Origin: a virus
DNA: 42,537 nucleotides
Virus genome (UHGV): UHGV-0420230
Strand: one strand, 5' to 3'
Below are positions 36,400-42,537 of this stretch, piece after piece. Each line of letters begins with the position of its first letter. The stretch's first letter is position 1. Position numbers and translations under genes: made by a program. The notes beneath the pieces were generated by a model that was given only the letters and a program-made list of their open reading frames with translations, searched no databases and had not been told where the DNA came from.

Positions 36400-37209
36400 A
36401 TGAATAATCTGATGGTCATTGATGGTATTGAAGTTCGTCGTGATGCTTATGGGCGTTACAGCCTGAACGATCTGCATCGCGCAGCAGTAGCATCTGGTGC
36501 AAATGCCAGAACCAAGGAGCCAGGAAAGTTTCTTTCCAGCCAACAAACTGTTGAGCTTGTTCATGAATTAACCAACACCCAGAATTTGGGTGTTGACCCG
36601 GTGAGTGTGATTCATGGGGGAAATGAACGGGGAACGTATGTCTGTAAGGAACTGGTGTATGCCTATGCAATGTGGATCAGCCCGTCATTCCATCTGAAGG
36701 TGATCCGTACTTTCGATATGGTAACCAGCGCGCCGGAAAAGTTATCCGGACAGGCTGCTGACAAGATGCAGGCTGGCGTGATTCTGCTGGACTTTATGCG
36801 CCGGGAGTTAAATCTGTCTAACTCATCTGTGCTTGGGGCCTGTCAGAAACTCCAGGAGGCTGTTGGCTTACCGAATCTGGCACCGCGCTATGCCATTGAT
36901 GCTCCTGCTGACGCGCCTGATGGCTCAAGTCGCCCGACACTGTCGCTGAGTGCACTGCTGAAACAGTATGGTATCCGCCTTACGGCTAATCAGGCATATC
37001 ACCAGATGGTGAAGCTGGGGATCGTCGAGCAGCGCGAACGATACAGCCGTACCGCGATTAACAACATCAAAAAATTCTGGTCGCTGACAGCGAAAGGCTG
37101 CATGTTCGGCAAGAACATCACCAGTCCCGCAAATCCGCGCGAGATGCAGCCGCATTTCTTCGAATCCCGATTCCCTGAGCTGTTAAAGCTGCTCGATACC
37201 GTTCATTGA
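36400..37209 (+). CDS. KilA-N domain protein (antirepressor-like)
   Basis: N-terminal KilA-N-like region (VIDGIEVRRDAYGRYSLNDLHRA...YAYAMWISPSFHLKVIRTF); AGAGGAG RBS. Confidence 0.7.
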   Translation: MNNLMVIDGIEVRRDAYGRYSLNDLHRAAVASGANARTKEPGKFLSSQQTVELVHELTNTQNLGVDPVSVIHGGNERGTYVCKELVYAYAMWISPSFHLKVIRTFDMVTSAPEKLSGQAADKMQAGVILLDFMRRELNLSNSSVLGACQKLQEAVGLPNLAPRYAIDAPADAPDGSSRPTLSLSALLKQYGIRLTANQAYHQMVKLGIVEQRERYSRTAINNIKKFWSLTAKGCMFGKNITSPANPREMQPHFFESRFPELLKLLDTVH

Positions 37210-37210
37210 G

Positions 37211-38206
37211 GTGACCGTGAGAGCACTACTGACCCCTGAAATAGCCCCGCGTATGGGGATTGTATTGTTCAGACCAGGTTCAGAGCTGATGCCCCTGTTT
37301 ATGCAGGGGCGTGTCCTGCTGGAGCCTGAGCCGGAACGTTATTCATCTTTCGCCAGTGGTGCCGTTCCGGCGGCATCACAACCGCTGGCGGATGATCCTG
37401 CCGTTAGGGCCGTGTTCCGCAATGAGGCAGTGATCCGTCGTGCTGGTGGCGTGGAATGTCTTGAAAGCTGGTTACTTCGTGAAAAAGGCTGCCAGTGGCC
37501 TCATTCCGACTGGCACAGCGAGAACATGACCACAATGCGACACGCGCCGGGCGCGATCCGTCTGTGCTGGCACTGCGATAACCAGCTGCGCGATCAGTTC
37601 ACGGAACGGCTGGAATCAATGGCAACGGATAACTGTGCCCGCTGGGTGTTGTCTGTAGTCCGTCTGGATCTCGGTTTTGATGATAACCATGCCGTGACAA
37701 TGCCGGAACTGTGCTGGTGGCTGATTCGTAATGACCTGGCGGATGCCTTACCGGAAAGTGCAGCCCGTAAGGCACTGAGATTACCGAAGCCTGTTGTGCC
37801 GTCTGTCACCCGGGAAAGTGACCTTGTGCCTTCGGTTCCTGCCACCAGCATCATCCAGGATAAGGCGAAAAAGGTGCTGGCGCTGAAAGTGGATCCGGAG
37901 TCGCCGGAGTCTTTTATGTTACGCCCAAAACGCCGCCGCTGGGTTAATGAAAAGTACACGCGCTGGGTTAAGACACAGCCGTGTGCATGTTGTGGAAAGC
38001 CTGCTGATGATCCCCACCACCTGATAGGCCACGGTCAGGGTGGAATGGGTACAAAAGCGCATGACCTCTTTGTGTTGCCTTTGTGCAGAAAGCATCACGA
38101 CGAGCTGCATGCGGATACCGTGGCATTTGAAGAGAAGTATGGCTCTCAGCTGGAGCTGATATTTCGTTTTATCGATCGTGCGCTGGCAATTGGCGTATTG
38201 GCGTAA
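37211..38206 (+). CDS. DUF968-domain protein (HNH-like C-terminus)
   Basis: C-terminal ...QPCACCGKPADDPHHLIGHGQGGMGTKAHDLFVLPLCRKHHDELH; GTG start. Confidence 0.6.
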   Translation: MTVRALLTPEIAPRMGIVLFRPGSELMPLFMQGRVLLEPEPERYSSFASGAVPAASQPLADDPAVRAVFRNEAVIRRAGGVECLESWLLREKGCQWPHSDWHSENMTTMRHAPGAIRLCWHCDNQLRDQFTERLESMATDNCARWVLSVVRLDLGFDDNHAVTMPELCWWLIRNDLADALPESAARKALRLPKPVVPSVTRESDLVPSVPATSIIQDKAKKVLALKVDPESPESFMLRPKRRRWVNEKYTRWVKTQPCACCGKPADDPHHLIGHGQGGMGTKAHDLFVLPLCRKHHDELHADTVAFEEKYGSQLELIFRFIDRALAIGVLA

Positions 38207-38219
38207 GTGGAGAACGAGC

Positions 38220-38972
38220 ATGAACCTTGAAGCCTTACCAAAATATTACTCCCCAAAATCTCCAAAATTGAGCGATGACGCACCGGCGACAGGCTCAGGT
38301 GGTTTAACGATTACGGATGTGATGGCTGCGCAGGGGATGGTGCAGTCGAAAGCACCGCTTGGGTTTGCCTTATTCCTGGCAAAAGTTGGTGTTCAGGATC
38401 CTCAATTTGCGATTGAAGGTCTGCTCAATTACGCGATGGCACTGGATAACCCGACATTGAACAAATTGAGTGAAGAAACCCGGTTACAGATCATCCCTTA
38501 CCTTGTGAATTTTGCCTTTGCTGATTATTCCAGGTCTGCGGCAAGTAAGGCTCGCTGTGAGCATTGTGCTGGTACTGGATTTCATAATGTATTGCGCGAA
38601 GTGGTGAAACACTCCAGAAGCGGGGAATCTGTTATCAAGGAAGAGTGGGTGAAGGAACTATGTCAGCATTGTCATGGTAAGGGAGAAGTCAGCACAGCGT
38701 GCAGAGGGTGTAAGGGTAAAGGTATTGTCCTGGATGAAAAAAGGACCCGGCTTCATGGCACGCCTGTTTATAAGATTTGTGGGCGTTGCAATGGAAACCG
38801 GTTTAGCCGTTTACCAACCACACTGGCGCGGCATCATGTCCAGAAGCTGGTACCAGACCTGACGGATTATCAGTGGTACAAAGGATATGCAGATGTCATT
38901 GATAAACTGGTTACAAAGTGCTGGCAGGAAGAAGCATATGCAGAGATACAATTGAGAAAGGTGACAAGATAA
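38220..38972 (+). CDS. Q-like late antiterminator
   Basis: Zinc-binding CEHCAGTG...CQHCHGKGE...CRGCKGKG; immediately upstream of a late promoter plus terminator; ATG 38220 preferred over the GTG at 38178. Confidence 0.7.
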   Translation: MNLEALPKYYSPKSPKLSDDAPATGSGGLTITDVMAAQGMVQSKAPLGFALFLAKVGVQDPQFAIEGLLNYAMALDNPTLNKLSEETRLQIIPYLVNFAFADYSRSAASKARCEHCAGTGFHNVLREVVKHSRSGESVIKEEWVKELCQHCHGKGEVSTACRGCKGKGIVLDEKRTRLHGTPVYKICGRCNGNRFSRLPTTLARHHVQKLVPDLTDYQWYKGYADVIDKLVTKCWQEEAYAEIQLRKVTR

Positions 38973-39003
38973 ATGGTTTTCGCCGAAGATGACGACATGA
39001 TGC

Positions 39004-39032
39004 TTGCATTTTTCAAAAAATATGGATAAGAT
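39004..39032 (+). promoter_or_regulatory. late promoter (pR'-like)
   Basis: TTGCAT 39004-39009, 17-bp spacer, TAAGAT 39027-39032, directly after the Q-like gene. Confidence 0.5.
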
Positions 39033-39078
39033 TTTCCCAACGATGGGCTTTGTATGTCTACCGTTGATAAGATTTAGG

Positions 39079-39102
39079 AACCCGCCACTGAGCGGGTTTT
39101 TT
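39079..39102 (+). terminator. tR'-like terminator (Q-dependent read-through expected)
   Basis: Hairpin CCCGC-CACTGA-GCGGG followed by a T-run, about 50 nt after the promoter -10. Confidence 0.7.
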
Positions 39103-39200
39103 GTACCTGTAAACTTGGTGCAGTACAGTAAACACGCTGGTGGTCGTGAATACTGACTTTTTATCTTGCTGGATTTTTAGACAAGAGTTATTGGTATGTC

Positions 39201-39428
39201 ATGTTAACCAGAAGGGAAAAAGACATGCTAAAACAGCAAGATATGACAGAAACCGCCGCCGCAGTCCTTCATTTCTTACCTGCTGACAAGTGGGTAACGC
39301 CACGCATGATGACGAGAACTACCGGAGTAAGCGAAGCCCGGTGCCAGTTAATACTGACTCAGTTAGTTCTGGCGGGTCTGGCGAAGGATAACGGCGGGTA
39401 CGGGAATAAATTCAGACGCTGCCAGTAA
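39201..39428 (+). CDS. small winged-helix-like protein (hypothetical)
   Basis: 75-aa ORF downstream of the late terminator. Confidence 0.4.
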   Translation: MLTRREKDMLKQQDMTETAAAVLHFLPADKWVTPRMMTRTTGVSEARCQLILTQLVLAGLAKDNGGYGNKFRRCQ

Positions 39429-39578
39429 TGGCGGTTTCCTGCTGTGAAAATGGGCGGCTGGTGGGTGTTGGTAGCACCTGCCAGCCATTCGCTCATGCTT
39501 ACTGGTCACAAGCGAACCACGGCCCACTGCTTTAGCGCAAAAGCAGAGTGAGCCTACCAGAGTTACGCTTACTGATCC

Positions 39579-40631
39579 ATGAAAAATACTGTAAAAATAA
39601 ACAGTGTTGATTTAATCAACGCTGATTGCCTGCATTTTATTCAGTCCCTGCCTGATGATTCCATTGACCTGATTGTTACCGATCCGCCTTACTTCAAGGT
39701 GAAACCTAACGGTTGGGACAATCAGTGGAAAGGGGATGAAGATTACCTTAAGTGGCTGGACCACTGTCTGGCCCAGTTCTGGCGGGTGTTGAAACCTGCC
39801 GGAAGCCTTTACCTGTTCTGTGGGCATCGCCTAGCATCTGATATTGAGATCATGATGCGTGAACGTTTCAACGTGCTTAACCATATCATCTGGGCGAAGC
39901 CGTCCGGACGTTGGAATGGGTGTAATAAAGAAAGTCTGCGCGCATATTTTCCTGCCACAGAGCGCGTTCTGTTTGCTGAACATTACCAGGGGCCATATCG
40001 CGGCAAAAGTGACGGCTATGCGGCAAAAGAAAGGGAACTCAAACAGCACATAATGGCACCGCTGATATCGTATTTCAGGGATGCTCGTGCCGAACTGGGT
40101 ATAACGGCAAAACAAATTGCCGAAGCCACAGGTAAGAAAAATATGGTTTCCCACTGGTTTGGTGCCAGTCAGTGGCAGTTGCCGAATGAGGCTGACTATC
40201 GGAAGTTACAGGCACTGTTTTCCCGTATAGCGGCAGAGAAGTTTCAGGAACAACAACTGGAACAACCACACCACCAGCTGGTGGCATCTTATGATTCACT
40301 GAATCGTAAATATTCTGAATTGCTGGATGAGTTTAAATCTCTCCGGCGCTATTTCTCCGTATCAGTCTCCGTGCCTTATACCGATGTCTGGATGCATAAA
40401 CCCGTTCAGTTCTACCCGGGGAAACATCCGTGTGAGAAACCGGCGGATATGCTCAGGCAAATAATCAATGCCAGTAGTCGACCAGGTGATCTGGTTGCTG
40501 ATTTTTTTATGGGATCCGGTTCCACAATAAAAGCAGCAATGGCGCTGGGGCGTCGGGCCTTAGGTGTTGAGCTTGAGTCAGAGCGGTTTAATCAGACAGT
40601 GAAAGAGATAAACGAGCTGGTGGGGAAATAA
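39579..40631 (+). CDS. DNA methyltransferase (N6/N4 type, DPPY motif), late-expressed orphan
   Basis: IVTDPPYF motif near the N-terminus and C-terminal AdoMet-binding region (DFFMGSGST); no adjacent restriction gene. Confidence 0.8.
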   Translation: MKNTVKINSVDLINADCLHFIQSLPDDSIDLIVTDPPYFKVKPNGWDNQWKGDEDYLKWLDHCLAQFWRVLKPAGSLYLFCGHRLASDIEIMMRERFNVLNHIIWAKPSGRWNGCNKESLRAYFPATERVLFAEHYQGPYRGKSDGYAAKERELKQHIMAPLISYFRDARAELGITAKQIAEATGKKNMVSHWFGASQWQLPNEADYRKLQALFSRIAAEKFQEQQLEQPHHQLVASYDSLNRKYSELLDEFKSLRRYFSVSVSVPYTDVWMHKPVQFYPGKHPCEKPADMLRQIINASSRPGDLVADFFMGSGSTIKAAMALGRRALGVELESERFNQTVKEINELVGK

Positions 40632-40635
40632 TCTG

Positions 40636-40662
40636 GTGGCCACGTTGCGTGGCCTTTTTATT
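40636..40662 (+). terminator. rho-independent terminator
   Basis: Hairpin GGCCACG-TTG-CGTGGCC followed by a T-run. Confidence 0.65.
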
Positions 40663-40691
40663 TCCAACACAGCACCCGCAAATATCGCGAG

Positions 40692-41033
40692 GTGAGAGAT
40701 GACGAAATGCCTCATAACCCAAATACCTGGCTGGACTTGGTCCAGAGCTGGTGGCGTGGAGACACACCGCTGGGTGCAGTGATTATGTCGATCGTTATGG
40801 CTGGTTTGCGCATCGCCTATTTTGGCGGTGGTGGTGGCTGGAAGCGAAAAACGCTCGAGATTTTGCTATGTGGCGCTCTGACGCTGACCTTTGCATCCGC
40901 TCTTGAATATGTCGGATGGCCTAAATCGCTTTCTGTTGCCATTGGTGGTGGCGTGGGGCTGATCGGTGTCGATGCTATTCGTGGGGCTGCAATGCGAGTA
41001 ATCGGTAACAAATTTGGTAGCTCGAAGGAGTAA
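40692..41033 (+). CDS. holin (lambda S-like family)
   Basis: Pattern LRIAYFGGGG...LLCGALTLTFASALEYVG and basic C-terminus resemble lambda S; GTG at 40692 and ATG at 40707 give possible dual starts. Confidence 0.7.
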   Translation: MRDDEMPHNPNTWLDLVQSWWRGDTPLGAVIMSIVMAGLRIAYFGGGGGWKRKTLEILLCGALTLTFASALEYVGWPKSLSVAIGGGVGLIGVDAIRGAAMRVIGNKFGSSKE

Positions 41034-41036
41034 TTT

Positions 41037-41513
41037 ATGCAGGCACTAAATTCCCAGCGTAAAGCTTTCCTGGATATGGTGGCATGGTCAGAAGGAACGG
41101 ATAACGGGCGACAACCGACACGTAACCACGGTTATGATGTTATTGTTGGTGGCGAACTGTTCACTGATTACTCCGATCACCCTCGCAAACTTGTCACGCT
41201 AAACCCCAAACTCAAATCAACAGCCGCCGGACGTTACCAGCTTCTTTCACGCTGGTGGGATGCTTACCGTAAACAGCTTGGCCTGAAAGATTTTTCTCCA
41301 GAAAGCCAGGACGCTGTAGCTCTGCAGCAGATTAAAGAGCGTGGTGCTTTACCGATGATTGATCGCGGTGATATCCGTCAGGCTATCGATCGTTGCAGCA
41401 ATCTCTGGGCTTCACTGCCGGGCGCAGGTTACGGTCAGTATGAACATAAAATCGGTGACCTGATTGCCCGATTTAAAGAGGCTGGTGGGGTGGTAAATGA
41501 AGTTGAGTTATAA
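41037..41513 (+). CDS. R: endolysin, lambda R-like lytic transglycosylase
   Basis: 158 aa, near-identical over most of its length to lambda R as recalled (QRKAFLDMVAWSEGTDNGRQ...); AAGGAG RBS. Confidence 0.9.
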   Translation: MQALNSQRKAFLDMVAWSEGTDNGRQPTRNHGYDVIVGGELFTDYSDHPRKLVTLNPKLKSTAAGRYQLLSRWWDAYRKQLGLKDFSPESQDAVALQQIKERGALPMIDRGDIRQAIDRCSNLWASLPGAGYGQYEHKIGDLIARFKEAGGVVNEVEL

Positions 41514-41889
41514 GCTGATTATCGCTGCTTTTTTCGTTACTGCCATTGGTTCTTTCATCTGGTCAGCCAACTACTACTACAGCAAATATCAGTACGAAAA
41601 GAAACGTGCTGATGAGGCTGTACAAAATGCTGAATCAGCAACTGCCATTACCCGTAATGTTCTGCAATCACTGCAAATCATCAATACAGTTATAGAGGCT
41701 AACCAGCATGCAAAACAGCAGATCGCACTGGAGTCACAGAGAACCGAGGAAGATATCAAAGTGGCTGTTGCGGATGATGATTGTGCTTCACGTCATGTGC
41801 CTGCTGCCGCTGCTGACCGGTTGCGGAAGTACGCGAACAGTTTACGTACCGATTCCGGCGGTACCGTTGCCAGCAAGCCTGACTACTGA
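41497..41889 (+). CDS. i-spanin (Rz-like)
   Basis: N-terminal transmembrane helix (LIIAAFFVTAIGSFIWS), coiled-coil body; overlaps the endolysin stop. Confidence 0.7.
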   Translation: MKLSYKLIIAAFFVTAIGSFIWSANYYYSKYQYEKKRADEAVQNAESATAITRNVLQSLQIINTVIEANQHAKQQIALESQRTEEDIKVAVADDDCASRHVPAAAADRLRKYANSLRTDSGGTVASKPDY

Positions 41890-42046
41890 AACTCCCCAGC
41901 CAGTCATTCCCGAGCCGCTGACCTATGGGGCCAGTCTGGATCTGAATGTGAGCCTGCTTTCGGCGTTGGGACAATGCAATATTGACAAAGCGGGGATTCG
42001 AAGTATCGAGATGCGCCGTAACGCTTTGTTGGCAGCAGGCAAATAG
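41774..42046 (+). CDS. o-spanin (Rz1-like lipoprotein)
   Basis: +1 frame relative to Rz; lipobox LLTGC after a hydrophobic leader; proline-rich mature part; extends beyond the Rz stop. Confidence 0.55.
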   Translation: MMIVLHVMCLLPLLTGCGSTRTVYVPIPAVPLPASLTTETPQPVIPEPLTYGASLDLNVSLLSALGQCNIDKAGIRSIEMRRNALLAAGK

Positions 42047-42072
42047 TCCGGACAAAGAACAGGAATATATTT

Positions 42073-42423
42073 ATGCCCCCACGAACCCCAAAAGCCTGCC
42101 GCGTTCGCGGCTGCCGCCATACCACCACTGACTCGTCAGGCTATTGTGAAAGCCACAAAAGCGAAGGCTGGACGCAATATAAGCCAGGTCAGTCCCGTCA
42201 CCAGCGCGGTTATGGTTCGAAGTGGGACGTTATCCGCGCGCGTGTGCTGAAGCGTGACAAAGGCCTGTGCCAGTTGTGCCTGCGTGCCGGTGTGGTACGT
42301 GAGGCGAAAACCGTTGACCACATCATCCCTAAAGCGCATGGCGGCACAGATGCCGACAGCAATCTGCAGAGCCTGTGCTGGCCGTGCCATAAGGCGAAGA
42401 CGGCCCGTGAACGGCTAAAGTGA
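42073..42423 (+). CDS. HNH endonuclease
   Basis: CxxC ... DHIIPKAHGG ... CWPCHKAK HNH motifs; at the genome right end, where HNH genes partner with terminases in cos phages. Confidence 0.85.
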   Translation: MPPRTPKACRVRGCRHTTTDSSGYCESHKSEGWTQYKPGQSRHQRGYGSKWDVIRARVLKRDKGLCQLCLRAGVVREAKTVDHIIPKAHGGTDADSNLQSLCWPCHKAKTARERLK

Positions 42424-42537
42424 TAATAATTCTCAACTGTCTGAGGGGAGGGGCGGGTCAAATCCCTGTGACCTGACGTCTTCCGGAGAAATAGCGCCGG
42501 AGAGATTTAAACTCATCCAGCAATTCAGAATATTTAC

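Noticed and set aside
82-42457. 8-bp GC inverted repeat (GGGGCGGG near the right end versus CCCGCCCC near the left end) as a possible cos symmetry element
   Set aside because: Too short to be meaningful without experimentally mapped genome ends.
1-42537. tRNA, rRNA or CRISPR array
   Set aside because: No T-loop-like GTTCGAATC motifs or cloverleaf candidates were found in the non-coding regions, and no regularly spaced short direct repeats.

Overview
The window reads as a complete temperate phage genome in virion (cos-to-cos) order, not chromosomal DNA. It combines an HK97-type head module, a Mu/e14/SfV-type contractile tail and a lambdoid regulatory and lysis backbone. Gene order on the + strand: terminase small and large subunits, portal, prohead protease, major capsid, head-tail joining genes, sheath, tube, chaperone with a predicted -1 frameshift, tape measure, DNA circulation protein, baseplate genes, then a tail fibre whose C-terminus sits in a Gin/Pin-type invertible segment with its invertase. 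Next come accessory genes and the integrase (minus strand), a leftward early operon, a CI-like repressor with palindromic operators, Cro, replication initiator with iterons, two methyltransferases, RusA, Q-like antiterminator with a late promoter and terminator, holin, lambda-R-like endolysin, spanins and an HNH endonuclease at the right end. No tRNA, rRNA or CRISPR array was seen. The best candidates for something undescribed are three AT-rich accessory loci: (a) a three-gene cassette beside the integrase led by a Panacea(DUF4065)-like protein with an overlapping unrecognised 139-aa partner; (b) a zinc-ribbon plus DUF4145-like gene immediately after the invertase, the slot where e14 carries mcrA; (c) a signal-peptide protein with its own RBS and terminator inserted between the tape measure and DNA circulation genes. 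Other notable signals: a DinI-like gene behind a canonical promoter with two LexA boxes, a phage-encoded LexA DNA-binding domain without the protease domain, a perfect 198-bp direct duplication creating two alternative gene starts, a GC-rich structured non-coding block in the early-left operon, and a 54-bp exact copy of an internal tail-gene segment at window position 1. All family assignments are from reading the translations and from memory of family signatures; no database or HMM search was run.
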